From Methanomassiliicoccales archaeon (GTDB taxonomy: Archaea; Thermoplasmatota; Thermoplasmata; Methanomassiliicoccales; JAAEEP01), in contig JAAEEP010000006.1 in NCBI GenBank assembly GCA_013415695.1, positions 21,318 to 85,317 of the forward strand: a DNA stretch of 64,000 nt, read 5' to 3'. Below the pieces are notes generated by a model. It was not told the origin of the DNA. It was given only the letters and a program-made list of their open reading frames with translations, and did not search any database. Of this stretch, positions 44,152-54,155 are shown piece after piece; the first letter of the stretch is position 1; the number at the start of each line of letters is the position of its first letter. The translations under genes were made by a program, and so were the position numbers.

Positions 44152-45153
44152 ATGCCGAACAAGAGACGTCCACGAAGAGGATCTAAAGCTTATTCACCTC
44201 GCAAGAGGGCCAAGAAGGAGACCCCGAGGCTGGATGCTTGGCCTGAGATCAGCGATGGACCCAAGGTCCAGGGATTCGCCGGCTATAAGGCTGGAATGAC
44301 CCATGCACTGATCGTAGACTACAGGCCTAAGAGCACCACTACTGGCCAGGAGGTTCAGGTACCTGTCACCGTTCTTGAGGTACCCCCCATGAGGGTTGCC
44401 GCCGTCAGATTCTATGTGAATTCGACGTACGGTCTACAGACCCTTGGGGAAGTCTGGGCAAAGAACATCGATTCGATGCTTTCCAGGCGGCTACCCATAC
44501 CCAAGAACTATGACCCAGGCAATGCCTGGAGGAAGATCGAGGGAAGGGATCTTGAAGATGTGAGGATCCTGGCCTACACCCAGCCCAAGCTGGTCAAGGG
44601 CGTACCCAAGAAGGTCCCGGATCTCATGGAACTCCGCATCGGCGGAGGGACCATGGAGGAGAGGACCGCATACTCCAAGGAACTCCTTGGTAAACAACTG
44701 ACATTCAACGACTTCGCAAAGGAGGGAGATATGATCGATGTCTCCGCCGTGACCAAAGGCAAGGGATTCCAGGGAGCGGTCAAGAGGTGGGGCGTGAAGC
44801 TGCTGTCCCATAAGAACAGCAAACACCGCCGCCTTTACGGTAACCTCGGACCCAAGCGACCTGGATATGTTAGGCCCACAGTTCCGATGGCCGGTCAGGT
44901 CGGATACCATCAGAGGACTGAGTTCAACAAGCGAGTCCTGCGCTTCGGGGAGAACGGAGATGATGTGACCCCCAAGGGCGGATTCGTCAGGTACGGTCAG
45001 GTAGTGAATCCATACGTGCTCATCCACGGCTCTGTACCGGGTCCTTCCAAGAGGCTCATAAGGCTCAGGGATCCGGTAAGAAAGGGCGGAGTCAAGCTCA
45101 CAGAGGCACCCAACTTCGCATATATATCGACTGAATCAAAGCAGGGGGCCTAG
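44152..45153 (+). CDS. rpl3: Ribosomal protein uL3
   Basis: Recognisable sequence (RRGSKAYSPRKRA..) and conserved operon order. Confidence 0.95.
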   Translation: MPNKRRPRRGSKAYSPRKRAKKETPRLDAWPEISDGPKVQGFAGYKAGMTHALIVDYRPKSTTTGQEVQVPVTVLEVPPMRVAAVRFYVNSTYGLQTLGEVWAKNIDSMLSRRLPIPKNYDPGNAWRKIEGRDLEDVRILAYTQPKLVKGVPKKVPDLMELRIGGGTMEERTAYSKELLGKQLTFNDFAKEGDMIDVSAVTKGKGFQGAVKRWGVKLLSHKNSKHRRLYGNLGPKRPGYVRPTVPMAGQVGYHQRTEFNKRVLRFGENGDDVTPKGGFVRYGQVVNPYVLIHGSVPGPSKRLIRLRDPVRKGGVKLTEAPNFAYISTESKQGA

Positions 45154-45155
45154 AG

Positions 45156-45932
45156 ATGACTGGTAACAATTCATCCGTTAATGTATACTCGCTCGGAGGC
45201 GATGTGGTGAAGACCATTTCGCTACCCTCGGCCTTCGGAACGACCTTTAGGCCAGATATCATAAGGAAGGCGGTCGTCGCCCAGGAGGCCAACAAGAGGC
45301 AGCCCTACGGGCCCTCCAAGACGGCCGGGATGAGACATGCGGTCTCGACCTGGGGCAAGGGAAGAGGCGTTGCAAGGGTCCAGAGGCTGACCCAGGGTAG
45401 AAAGGCGGCCGAGTCGCCTAACAATGTTGGAGGGCGAAGAGCTCATCCCCCCGTACCCGAGAAGGATCTCTCTAAGAAAATGAACCGAAAGGAGAGGAGA
45501 CTGGCAAAGCTTTCAGCACTGGCCGCCACCGCAGATCCCGACATCGTCAAGGGTCGAGGGCACTGGTTCGAGGAGGATGTGACCCTTCCCGTGGTAGTGG
45601 AGGATGACATCGAGACTCTGGAGACCGTCAAGGAGGTCCTGGATGCGTTGGAGAGCCTTGGCATCAGAGATGATATCATAAGGGCCAAGGAGGGAAAACA
45701 CATCCGAGCTGGTCGAGGAAAGATGCGCGGCAGGAAGTATCGGAGACCCCGCAGCATACTGATCGTTGTATCCGGGGAGGACGTTCCCCTGGTAAAAAGC
45801 GCTGGCAACCTGCCCGGTGTTGAGATAGTCCCACCAAGCAGGCTGAACGCTGGTGTTCTGGCACCTGGTGGGGACGCAGGCAGGCTGGCTTTGTTCACCG
45901 AGTCCGCTCTGGGCAAGATAGGAGAGTGGTGA
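45156..45932 (+). CDS. rpl4: Ribosomal protein uL4
   Basis: Sequence and order. Confidence 0.95.
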   Translation: MTGNNSSVNVYSLGGDVVKTISLPSAFGTTFRPDIIRKAVVAQEANKRQPYGPSKTAGMRHAVSTWGKGRGVARVQRLTQGRKAAESPNNVGGRRAHPPVPEKDLSKKMNRKERRLAKLSALAATADPDIVKGRGHWFEEDVTLPVVVEDDIETLETVKEVLDALESLGIRDDIIRAKEGKHIRAGRGKMRGRKYRRPRSILIVVSGEDVPLVKSAGNLPGVEIVPPSRLNAGVLAPGGDAGRLALFTESALGKIGEW

Positions 45933-45933
45933 T

Positions 45934-46218
45934 ATGGTCGAGAAGAGGAAGATACTGCTTCATCCCTATGTCACAGAGAAGACCATGAACCAGATGACTG
46001 GGACTCCAACACAGGATTTCACTGACGGCAACAAGCTTGAGTTCATAGTTCATAAGAGCGCCTCCAAGAAGGAGATCAAGGAGGTCTTCGAAGAGCACTT
46101 TGAGGTCAAGGTGGATAAGGTTTCCACCAAGATCTCCAAGCATGGCAAGCACGCCATAATTAAGCTCGCCGAGGGATACTCGGCGGAAGAAGTCGGGATG
46201 AGGATCGGCGTGTTCTGA
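45934..46218 (+). CDS. rpl23: Ribosomal protein uL23
   Basis: Sequence and order. Confidence 0.9.
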   Translation: MVEKRKILLHPYVTEKTMNQMTGTPTQDFTDGNKLEFIVHKSASKKEIKEVFEEHFEVKVDKVSTKISKHGKHAIIKLAEGYSAEEVGMRIGVF

Positions 46219-46228
46219 GGTGGTGTGA

Positions 46229-46930
46229 ATGGGTAAGAATCTTAGACAGCAGAGGAGGGGTCGCGGAACTCCTACGTACCGATCCCCTAGCCACAAGCAT
46301 GTGGCGGAGATAAAGCACCCCGCCTTCGACCACGGTACGGGCAAGGTTCTCGATCTGATACATGCGCCGGGGAGGAACAGCCCCCTGGCCGAGGTTGAAT
46401 TTGACGGTGAGGTAATACCGATGATCGCGGCCGAGGGAATGCAGGTTGGCCAGGAAGTGGAGTTGGGCCCAGGAGCGTCCATCTACTCCGGCAATACCAT
46501 GCCTCTCTCAGGCATCCCTGAGGGTACTCCCATCTACAATGTTGAGGGACGCCCGGGTGACGGAGGCAAGTTCATCCGCACTGCCGGGACATCCGCGAGC
46601 ATCGTCAGCAGAGGAAAGAAGGTGGTTATCCTCATGCCTTCAGGCGAGTTCAAGACACTCGATCCGAGGTGCAAGGCTACCATCGGAGTTGTGGCAGGCG
46701 GTGGGCAGAAGGAGAAGCCTTTCGGCAAGGCGGGTGCGAAGTACCATGCCTACAAGAGCAAGGCCAAGGCAAACTTCTCAGTGCGTGGCGTGGCCATGAA
46801 CGCTGTGGACCATCCACATGGTGGAGGATCACACCAGCATGTCGGTAAGCCCAGCACGGTAGGCAGAAATGCTCCCCCTGGCAGAAAGGTAGGTCACCTC
46901 TCACCAAAGAAGAGGAGCAAGAGGAAGTGA
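46229..46930 (+). CDS. rpl2: Ribosomal protein uL2
   Basis: ..AMNAVDHPHGGG..; order. Confidence 0.95.
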   Translation: MGKNLRQQRRGRGTPTYRSPSHKHVAEIKHPAFDHGTGKVLDLIHAPGRNSPLAEVEFDGEVIPMIAAEGMQVGQEVELGPGASIYSGNTMPLSGIPEGTPIYNVEGRPGDGGKFIRTAGTSASIVSRGKKVVILMPSGEFKTLDPRCKATIGVVAGGGQKEKPFGKAGAKYHAYKSKAKANFSVRGVAMNAVDHPHGGGSHQHVGKPSTVGRNAPPGRKVGHLSPKKRSKRK

Positions 46931-46935
46931 TGTAG

Positions 46936-47394
46936 ATGGCAGTAAAGATGGGTGGAACCAAGGCCTCTAGAAGGAGAGCCAGGAAGAAGAAAGGGGCGAT
47001 AACGGCCCGAAGAAAGAAGGAGTTCACTTATCGCGGGTTCACCATGGAAGAGCTGCTCGAAATGCCCTTCGATGAGGTGGTGACCCTGATGCCGGCAAGG
47101 ATTAGGCGCACGCTGATCCGCGGGCTCAACGATGAGCAGCGGACAACCTTCGATAAGATCAGGGATTCCGATGGGAACACTATAAGGACCCACCGGAGGG
47201 ACATTCCTATCATCCCGCAGTTCGTGGGAAAGAGCGTGTCGGTGTACACTGGTAAAGAATTCAGGGATTTCGAGATCAAGCCCGAAATGATAGGGCACTA
47301 CTTGGGAGAATTCGCCCCCACCAGGGGAAATGTAAGACACTCTGGTCCTGGTGTAGGTGCGACAAGGTCATCCAAGTTCCTGCCGCTTAAGTGA
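46936..47394 (+). CDS. rps19: Ribosomal protein uS19
   Basis: ..VYTGKEFRDFEIKPEMIGHYLGEFAPTR.. Confidence 0.95.
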   Translation: MAVKMGGTKASRRRARKKKGAITARRKKEFTYRGFTMEELLEMPFDEVVTLMPARIRRTLIRGLNDEQRTTFDKIRDSDGNTIRTHRRDIPIIPQFVGKSVSVYTGKEFRDFEIKPEMIGHYLGEFAPTRGNVRHSGPGVGATRSSKFLPLK

Positions 47395-47405
47395 GGTGAA
47401 ATGGC

Positions 47406-47852
47406 ATGGTAGGATACACAATGGAAACTGACCCTGACAGCACCTCTCGGGCAATAGGCAAGGAGCTCCCGATCTCACCCAAGCACTCGAGGGAGATATG
47501 CAGCATGGTCCGGGGCATGGAGGTCAGCGTAGCCGTCGATGTTCTCAACGAGATCATCGAGTTGAAGCGAGCCGTTCCCTTCAAGCGATACAAGAAGTGC
47601 GTGTCCCACAAGAAGGGCACGGGACCTGGACGCTATCCCCAGAAGGCCGCCAAGGCCATACTGGGCGTCATAGAGAGCGCGATGAGCAACGCCGAGTACA
47701 AAGGCCTGGGCGTGGATTCCATGCGCATTAAGGTCATAGCCGCCCACTTGGGGCGGACTCAGCAGGGGTGGATGCCCCGAGCTTATGGAAGGGCGACTCC
47801 TTTCGATCATCAGACAGTAAACGTCGAAGTAATCCTAGAGGAGATGGAGTAG
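47406..47852 (+). CDS. rpl22: Ribosomal protein uL22
   Basis: Sequence and order. Confidence 0.9.
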   Translation: MVGYTMETDPDSTSRAIGKELPISPKHSREICSMVRGMEVSVAVDVLNEIIELKRAVPFKRYKKCVSHKKGTGPGRYPQKAAKAILGVIESAMSNAEYKGLGVDSMRIKVIAAHLGRTQQGWMPRAYGRATPFDHQTVNVEVILEEME

Positions 47853-48728
47853 ATGGCTAGTGAGAGGAAATTCATAGCTGAGAACATTAGGAGAGTGCTC
47901 CTCAAGGAGTACCTCATGAAGGAGGTCAACCGCGCTGGCTTCGGCGGCGTGGAGGTCCAGAGGACTCCAATGGGAACTCGCGTGACCCTTACGACCGAGC
48001 GACCTGGCATCGTCATCGGAAGGAGGGGTTCAGCCATCAAGAACCTGACTCGTGCCATCGAGGAGGATTTCAATTTCGATAATCCTCAGATCGAGGTGCA
48101 GGAGGTACAGGATCCTAACCTTAACCCCCAGATTATGGCAGAGAAGCTCGCCTTCGCTCTGGAGAGGGGATGGCACTTCAGGCGTGCTGGTCACTCCACT
48201 GTGCGACGCATCATGGAGTCTGGTGCCAAGGGTTGTCAGGTGGTGCTAGCTGGGAAGCTCACTGGCCAAAGACACCGGACCGAGAAGTTCAAGGCCGGTT
48301 ACATCAAGTTCTGCGGTGAGCCAAGATTACAGTTCATTAAGACCGGTTTCGCCGTGGCGACCCTTAAGAGGGGCGTCATAGGTGTGAAGGTCGAAATCAT
48401 GGACCCCGAGGCAAGGCTGCCCGACGAGGTGTCCGTGCTCACTCCTGCCCAGGCAAAGGACCTTCTGCCAGACCTCTTCGCCGAGATAGAGGCAAGAGAG
48501 GCTGCGGAGAGAGTTACCGCCTATGAAACCTCCGAGGCCAAGACCACGGAGGAGGATGTGGAGGAAGCACCATCGGAGGATGCCGAGGAGCCTCAGTCCG
48601 AAGACGCTCCAGTTGAGAGTGTTGAGGTTGAGCCCGCGGAAGAAGCCAATGTTGAAGGGGACAAGGAAGAAGAACCCGAGACGGTAGAGGAGGCCGAGTC
48701 TGAAGGCTCCGAAGAGGTGAAGGAGTAA
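47853..48728 (+). CDS. rps3: Ribosomal protein uS3 (with acidic C-terminal tail)
   Basis: KH domain plus uS3 core, then an E/A-rich tail. Confidence 0.95.
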   Translation: MASERKFIAENIRRVLLKEYLMKEVNRAGFGGVEVQRTPMGTRVTLTTERPGIVIGRRGSAIKNLTRAIEEDFNFDNPQIEVQEVQDPNLNPQIMAEKLAFALERGWHFRRAGHSTVRRIMESGAKGCQVVLAGKLTGQRHRTEKFKAGYIKFCGEPRLQFIKTGFAVATLKRGVIGVKVEIMDPEARLPDEVSVLTPAQAKDLLPDLFAEIEAREAAERVTAYETSEAKTTEEDVEEAPSEDAEEPQSEDAPVESVEVEPAEEANVEGDKEEEPETVEEAESEGSEEVKE

Positions 48729-48931
48729 TGCCTCTGATGAAGACCTCCGAGATACGGGGCATGAGCGCTGATGAGCGCAAGGGAGTGCTACTGGAGCTCG
48801 AGGACGAACTGATGCATGAAAGGGGAGCCGCGGCTATGGGCGGAGCACCGCCCAACCCCGGTCGCATCAGAGCCCTTAGGACAAATATCGCAAGGATCCT
48901 AACCGTCCAGAAGGAGGAGGAAGAGAAGTAA
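48728..48931 (+). CDS. rpl29: Ribosomal protein uL29
   Basis: Sequence and order; TAATG overlap with rps3. Confidence 0.9.
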   Translation: MPLMKTSEIRGMSADERKGVLLELEDELMHERGAAAMGGAPPNPGRIRALRTNIARILTVQKEEEEK

Positions 48932-49230
48932 TGGCGGACATTTGCCCTGTGTGTGGATTGCCCGAAGAACTCTGCATGTGCGAGGAGATAGCTCGCGAGC
49001 AGCAGAAGGTGAGGATATCGACCGACAGCCGACGATACGGTAAGACAGTTACCGTCATCGAAGGAATAGACGCGAACGACATCGACATTGATGACCTGGC
49101 CCGGACGCTTAAAACCAAGTGCGCGGCAGGCGGCACAGCCAAGGATGGCCGCATCGAGCTCCAGGGCGAACACAGGAAGAAGGTCAAAAAGGCCCTTGAA
49201 GAGATGGGCTTCAAGACCGAGGTTCGGTGA
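48931..49230 (+). CDS. sui1: Translation initiation factor SUI1 (aSUI1/eIF1)
   Basis: N-terminal CPVCG..CMC knuckle and ..TKCAAGGTAKDGRIELQGEH. Confidence 0.9.
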   Translation: MADICPVCGLPEELCMCEEIAREQQKVRISTDSRRYGKTVTVIEGIDANDIDIDDLARTLKTKCAAGGTAKDGRIELQGEHRKKVKKALEEMGFKTEVR

Positions 49231-49239
49231 GGTCATCCG

Positions 49240-49512
49240 TTGGGCAATATGAAGAGAAGGGATTTCATGAAACAGGAATTCATCGGCTTGAATGTAGAGG
49301 TCATCGGTTCCGCCCACCCCGGATACCGCGATATCAGCGGAATAGTGGTGGACGAGACAAGAAATACCCTGACCATCGAGGTTAACGGCAGGGAGAAGAT
49401 GATACCCAAGCCCGGAAATGATTTCCAGTTCACATTCCAGGGTAAGAAGATCGCTATCAAGGGCGATGAGATCAGACATCGACCCGAGGACCGGATCAAG
49501 AAGTGTAGGTGA
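49240..49512 (+). CDS. rnp1: RNase P protein component 1 (Rpp29/Pop4)
   Basis: FIGLNVEVIGSAHPGYRDISGIVVDETRNTLTIE. TTG 49240 or ATG 49249. Confidence 0.85.
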   Translation: MGNMKRRDFMKQEFIGLNVEVIGSAHPGYRDISGIVVDETRNTLTIEVNGREKMIPKPGNDFQFTFQGKKIAIKGDEIRHRPEDRIKKCR

Positions 49513-49516
49513 TCTC

Positions 49517-49843
49517 ATGGATCATGCTAAGGATATTGGTATTGACGTCAAGCCTCCCGAATCCGCCTGTGACGATGGCAACTGCCCCTTTCATGGCACC
49601 CTGTCCGTCAGGGGCCAGATAATCGATGGGGTGGTTGTTTCCACGAAGATGAACAATACAGCGGTAGTGGAGCGCAATTACCTGAAGTATCAGAATAAGT
49701 ACGAGCGTTTCGAAAAGAGGACCAGTCGCTACTCCGTACACAATCCCCCATGCCTCCAGATCGGAGTTGGGGATGAGGTGAGGATCATGGAGTGCAAACC
49801 CATCAGCAAGACCGTCTCGTTCGTCATAATCGAAAAGAGGTGA
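49517..49843 (+). CDS. rps17: Ribosomal protein uS17
   Basis: [17 protein letters not shown]..; ATG 49517; the track extension is rejected. Confidence 0.9.
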   Translation: MDHAKDIGIDVKPPESACDDGNCPFHGTLSVRGQIIDGVVVSTKMNNTAVVERNYLKYQNKYERFEKRTSRYSVHNPPCLQIGVGDEVRIMECKPISKTVSFVIIEKR

Positions 49844-49848
49844 ACGGG

Positions 49849-50247
49849 ATGAAGGGCGTTGCAGGCAATCAAACTAGAGGACTGGTCACAGGCTCCGAGC
49901 TCGATGTGATCGATAACACCGGGGCCAAGATGATCAAGATCATTTCCGTACCGGGGTACCACGGCGTAGCTCGCCGTTACCCAGCAGCGGGTATTGGTGA
50001 CATAGTGGTCGCGTCCGTCAAGAAGGGCACTCCAGAGATGAGGAGACAGGTCGTCTACGCTGTAATAGTGAGGCAGAGGCGACCATTCAGGAGACCCGAC
50101 GGGACCATGGTGTCCTTCGAGGACAACGCCGCGGTCATCACCACCGATACAGGTGAGACCAAGGGAACCGATATCAAGGGACCGGTAGCCCGCGAGGCGG
50201 CTGAAAGATGGCCCCGTATAGCGGCGACCGCTTCAGTGATAGTGTGA
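49849..50247 (+). CDS. rpl14: Ribosomal protein uL14
   Basis: ..VIDNTGAK..; ATG 49849. Confidence 0.95.
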   Translation: MKGVAGNQTRGLVTGSELDVIDNTGAKMIKIISVPGYHGVARRYPAAGIGDIVVASVKKGTPEMRRQVVYAVIVRQRRPFRRPDGTMVSFEDNAAVITTDTGETKGTDIKGPVAREAAERWPRIAATASVIV

Positions 50248-50257
50248 GGTGATGTGA

Positions 50258-50635
50258 ATGGTTAAGAGCACCAAGGCAAGAAAGCAGAGGAAGGCCCTAT
50301 TCAATGCACCCTCCCATTTGAGGCGCAAGAACGTGGCCTCCCATCTGAGTGAGAACTTACGCAGAGAGTATGGCAGGCGCTCGGCCCACGTCATCAAGGG
50401 CGATACCGTCATGGTCATGAGGGGCAACGAGGACCTTATTGGGACGGAGGGCAAGGTGGCTGAAGTAAACACAAGGACTGGCCGCCTCACCATAGAGGGT
50501 GTCACCATCCCCAAGGCTGACGGCACCGAGGTCAGCAGACCGATTCACGCCTCCAATGTGATCATTACTAAGCTTGACACTTCAGACTCCTGGCGCAGAG
50601 ATATACTGACCAGGAAAGAGGAGGGAGCGCAATGA
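50258..50635 (+). CDS. rpl24: Ribosomal protein uL24
   Basis: Sequence and order. Confidence 0.9.
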   Translation: MVKSTKARKQRKALFNAPSHLRRKNVASHLSENLRREYGRRSAHVIKGDTVMVMRGNEDLIGTEGKVAEVNTRTGRLTIEGVTIPKADGTEVSRPIHASNVIITKLDTSDSWRRDILTRKEEGAQ

Positions 50636-51342
50636 GCAAGAGTATGAAGAGGCTAACGGCTCCCCGCAGCTGGCCCGTCCCAAGGAAGACGGACCAGTGG
50701 ATCACGAAGCCATCCCCCGGACCGCACCCCATTCAGAGGAGCATGCCGGTATTGACAGTGGTCAGGGACCTGCTCCAGGCGTGTGATACCGCGGCAGAGG
50801 CCAAGCGTATCATCGGGAACCGCGACATCATCGTCGACGGCCGCCCTGTCAAAGAGCATAAGTTCCCGGTGGGCCTCATGGACGTGGTCTCCATACCCAA
50901 ACTTGAGCAGAACTTTAGGATGCTCGTGGACAGGAGGGGCAAGTTCCGCCTGGTCACCATCAGAGAGGGTGAGGAGAGCTGGAAGCTATGCAGGATTGAG
51001 AACAAGACCACCGTGAGGGGTGGAAGGATACAACTGAATCTTCACGATGGTAGGAACATCATAGTCAAAGAGAACAAGTACAAGACGGGCGACGTGCTCA
51101 AGGTCGAGGTACCCTCTCAGAAGATACTAGAAGTGTACCCCATGGCTAAGGGCAACATAGCCATGGTCATCAGCGGGGCGCACGCGGGAGAGATCTCGGT
51201 CATCGAGGAGTACGAGGTCAGCAGGACCCCTTCCTCCAACATCGTCCGCTTCAGGGACGGAAAATCCACCGTCAAGGACAACGTGTTCGTGGTAGGCACG
51301 AGCGCGCCCGTCATCGAGCTGCCGGAGGCGAGTGTGATATGA
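50632..51342 (+). CDS. rps4e: Ribosomal protein eS4
   Basis: MKRLTAPRSWPVPRK.. Confidence 0.95.
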   Translation: MSKSMKRLTAPRSWPVPRKTDQWITKPSPGPHPIQRSMPVLTVVRDLLQACDTAAEAKRIIGNRDIIVDGRPVKEHKFPVGLMDVVSIPKLEQNFRMLVDRRGKFRLVTIREGEESWKLCRIENKTTVRGGRIQLNLHDGRNIIVKENKYKTGDVLKVEVPSQKILEVYPMAKGNIAMVISGAHAGEISVIEEYEVSRTPSSNIVRFRDGKSTVKDNVFVVGTSAPVIELPEASVI

Positions 51343-51851
51343 GCGAGGCTATGAGGCAGCTCAGGATAGAGAAGGTGGTCGTTAACATAGGAGTCGGAGA
51401 GGCTGGAGAGCGCCTGGTCAAAGCCCAGAAGGTTCTGGAGATGCTTACCGGGCAGACCCCATTGGTCACCGTCTCCAAGACCACCAACCGAGATCTCGGG
51501 ATCCGTGAGGGGATGCCTATTGGGTGCAAGGTCACTCTGAGGCACGACATCGCGGATAACTTCCTCAAGCGCGCCCTGTGGATCAGGGAGAACCGCATAG
51601 CGGAGTACTCATTCGATCCCGAAGGGAACCTGTCCTTTGGTATATCGGACTACACGGACTTCGAGGGTATGAGGTATGATCCCGAGATCGGCATATTTGG
51701 AATGGATGTGAACGTGGTAATCCAACGCCCTGGTTACAGGGTGACGAAGCGAAGGATAATGACGCGCAGGCTGCCCCACAGGCACCGAGTCACCCGACAG
51801 GAGGCGATGGATTTCATGAAGGAGCAATTCGCAGTTGAGGTGGTGGAATGA
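51339..51851 (+). CDS. rpl5: Ribosomal protein uL5
   Basis: Sequence and order. Confidence 0.95.
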   Translation: MSEAMRQLRIEKVVVNIGVGEAGERLVKAQKVLEMLTGQTPLVTVSKTTNRDLGIREGMPIGCKVTLRHDIADNFLKRALWIRENRIAEYSFDPEGNLSFGISDYTDFEGMRYDPEIGIFGMDVNVVIQRPGYRVTKRRIMTRRLPHRHRVTRQEAMDFMKEQFAVEVVE

Positions 51852-51994
51852 AACCCAAGAAGGAATTCGGCAGGAAGAAGGGCTGCCAGCGCTGCGGAAG
51901 GAAGGCGGGCATCGTACGCCGTTACGGCATTCATCTATGCCGTCAGTGCTTTCGCGAGATCGCTCCCGAGATAGGTTTCAAGAAGTACTCGTGA
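51848..51994 (+). CDS. rps14: Ribosomal protein uS14 (zinc-binding short form)
   Basis: Manual translation gives [48 protein letters not shown] (48 aa). ATGA overlap with rpl5. Below the ORF track size cutoff. Confidence 0.9.
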   Translation: MKPKKEFGRKKGCQRCGRKAGIVRRYGIHLCRQCFREIAPEIGFKKYS

Positions 51995-52003
51995 GGTGAG
52001 AGA

Positions 52004-52393
52004 ATGCAGAGCGATCCATTGAACGACGCTATGTCGATAATAAAAAACGCCGCGTTGGTCGGTAAGAGCAACTGCCTGATCACTCCATCCTCCAAGCTCA
52101 TTGGAAGGGTGCTCAAGGTGATGCAGGAGAGCGGCTACATCAATGCCTTTGAGTTCATCGAGGACGGCCGAGCTGGTGTGTTCAAGGTTGACATGAAAGG
52201 CACCATTAACAACTGCGGCGTGATCAAGCCCCGATACTCGATCAAGCGTACCGAGCTGGACAAATGGGAGTCAAGGTATCTTCCCGCCCAGGACTTCGGG
52301 GTGCTCATACTCACCACCACCGAGGGCGTGGTCAGCCATATGAAAGCAAAAGAACTGGGAGTCGGAGGCAAGCTCCTGGCATTCGTATATTGA
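52004..52393 (+). CDS. rps8: Ribosomal protein uS8
   Basis: Sequence and order. Confidence 0.95.
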   Translation: MQSDPLNDAMSIIKNAALVGKSNCLITPSSKLIGRVLKVMQESGYINAFEFIEDGRAGVFKVDMKGTINNCGVIKPRYSIKRTELDKWESRYLPAQDFGVLILTTTEGVVSHMKAKELGVGGKLLAFVY

Positions 52394-52402
52394 GGGATCA
52401 AG

Positions 52403-52954
52403 ATGACAATTACCGGGATGCTGGAGCAGGAGATAGAGATTCCAAAGGGAGTCTCGGTTCAGATCAACGGCCCCCAAGTCATAGTGAAGGGTCCCAACGG
52501 ACAGCTGTCGAGAAGGCTATCCCATCCCAGGGTGAAGATCAGGAAGACCGACAGCAAGGTGCTGGTTTACTGCGAGTTCCCCCGGGTCAAGGAAAAGGCT
52601 CTGGTGGGGACCTTCGCTGCCCACGTTCGTAACATGGTCTACGGGGCTGAAAGTGATTTCGAGTACCACATGAAGATCGTTTATTCCCACTTTCCCATGA
52701 AGGTCAATGTTCGCGGCAACAGGTTTGTCATAGAGAACTTCATGGGAGAACGTTCTCCAAGGGGTGCAGACATACTAGAAGGCGTGAAGGTCGCCGTGAA
52801 GGGTAGCGATGTTACCTTAACTGGGGCTGACATCGAGGCTGTGGGACAAACAGCAGCCAACATCGAGAAGGCAACCCGCATAAGGGGATACGACCCCAGG
52901 GTGTTCCAGGATGGTATATACATCGTCGTGAAAGGAAGGAGGGCTGCGGCATGA
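52403..52954 (+). CDS. rpl6: Ribosomal protein uL6
   Basis: Sequence and order. Confidence 0.95.
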   Translation: MTITGMLEQEIEIPKGVSVQINGPQVIVKGPNGQLSRRLSHPRVKIRKTDSKVLVYCEFPRVKEKALVGTFAAHVRNMVYGAESDFEYHMKIVYSHFPMKVNVRGNRFVIENFMGERSPRGADILEGVKVAVKGSDVTLTGADIEAVGQTAANIEKATRIRGYDPRVFQDGIYIVVKGRRAAA

Positions 52955-53697
52955 AGAAGCAGCAAGAGATACGCAAGATCTCAGACCTCCCTTACTACAA
53001 GGAGGAACATGCCCAGGTCCTCGAGGACAAGGGCATCAAGAACCTTGATGATTTGCTGGACACCCTCTACGACGAGGAGAGGTCCAAAGAACTCATCGAC
53101 GGCCTTAAGGGAGTCGGTCCGAAGATAGCGGACCAGTGGGTCGAGCTCATCGAGGACCTCGGCGTCTTCGAGCATGAAGAGGAGGCCGAGGAAGAGGTTG
53201 AAACCGTCGATCAAGAGGTCGAGGAGGAAACAATCATCGAAGAGCCCGAGGCCCTCATCGAAGAGGGAGGACCTGAAGTGGTCGAGGCGGGCGGATACTT
53301 TGCCGCCCCCAAACCCGTAATGGACGACGAGACCCGCAGGCTGTTCGAGCAGAGGAAGACCTACAAGATGCCCAAGTTCAAGAGGCAGGAATGGTTCCGA
53401 TACAAGAAACTGGGCGAGAAGTGGAGGAGGCCCAAGGGCATCCACAGCAAGCTGAGGCGAAATTACAAGTACCGCCCTCCCATGGCTTCCATCGGATACG
53501 GGACGCCAAAGAAAGTGAGAGGACTCCACTCCTCTGGCTTTGAGGAAGTGCTTATACATAACCCCACACAGCTTGAGGGTTTGAACCCCAAGACCCAGGC
53601 TGCCAGAGTCGGTGCTACCGTGGGTTACAGGAAGCGCCTTGATATCGAGAAGAAAGCCTCAGAGCTTGGGATTCACATACTCAACAGGACGGGATGA
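52951..53697 (+). CDS. rpl32e: Ribosomal protein eL32 with an N-terminal HhH-like/acidic extension
   Basis: The C-terminal 130 aa are the eL32 core (KFKRQEWFRYKKLGEKWRRPKGIHSK). The N-terminal 115 aa contain GLKGVGPKIADQW and an E-rich linker. Confidence 0.9.
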   Translation: MKKQQEIRKISDLPYYKEEHAQVLEDKGIKNLDDLLDTLYDEERSKELIDGLKGVGPKIADQWVELIEDLGVFEHEEEAEEEVETVDQEVEEETIIEEPEALIEEGGPEVVEAGGYFAAPKPVMDDETRRLFEQRKTYKMPKFKRQEWFRYKKLGEKWRRPKGIHSKLRRNYKYRPPMASIGYGTPKKVRGLHSSGFEEVLIHNPTQLEGLNPKTQAARVGATVGYRKRLDIEKKASELGIHILNRTG

Positions 53698-54155
53698 TCA
53701 TGGATCTCAAGAATCAGAAGCGAATGGCGGCTGAACTCCTCGGATGCGGCTTGGGGCGTGTGTGGATAGATCCCAACAGGATCGAGGATGTCGCCGACGC
53801 AATCACCAGGGCGGACATTAGAACCGCTATCGACTCGGGCACTATCAAGGCCCTCCCCAAGAAGGGCATTTCCAAGGCGAGGACCAGGTACGCCCATGAT
53901 CAAAGGAGCAAGGGAAGGAGGCGCGGTCCCGGCAGCCGTAAGGGCGCAGCTGGGGCAAGGCAGCCACGCAAGAGGAGATGGATCCAGACAATCCGGCCCA
54001 TCAGGGAAGAGTTGAGAAATCTCCGCGACGAGGAGAAGATCACCCGATCAGTTTACAGGGAGTTCTATCTCAAGGCGAAGGGCGGGATGTTCAAGAGCAG
54101 GAACCATCTGATCAGCCACCTCAGGTCAGAGGGGCATCTCAAGGAGGATAACTGA
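53694..54155 (+). CDS. rpl19e: Ribosomal protein eL19
   Basis: LKNQKRMAAELLGCGLGRVWIDP. Confidence 0.95.
   Translation: MIMDLKNQKRMAAELLGCGLGRVWIDPNRIEDVADAITRADIRTAIDSGTIKALPKKGISKARTRYAHDQRSKGRRRGPGSRKGAAGARQPRKRRWIQTIRPIREELRNLRDEEKITRSVYREFYLKAKGGMFKSRNHLISHLRSEGHLKEDN

Noticed and set aside
48514-49518. Long antisense ORFs opposite well-recognised genes. Examples: 48514-49518(-) 334 aa, 54335-55186(-) 283 aa, 34441-35217(+) 258 aa, 52981-53559(-) and 15215-15790(-).
   Set aside because: Each lies entirely antisense to a confidently identified gene (r-proteins, CoADR, the hdr fusion). Their sequences are low-complexity and Pro/Arg/Gly/Ser-rich, typical of shadow ORFs in GC-rich coding DNA.
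52951-53300. N-terminal HhH/acidic extension of eL32 and the acidic tail of uS3 (48480-48728) as novelties
   Set aside because: Comparable extensions of these two r-proteins are, to my knowledge, known lineage-specific variations in several euryarchaea. They are noted in the features only.
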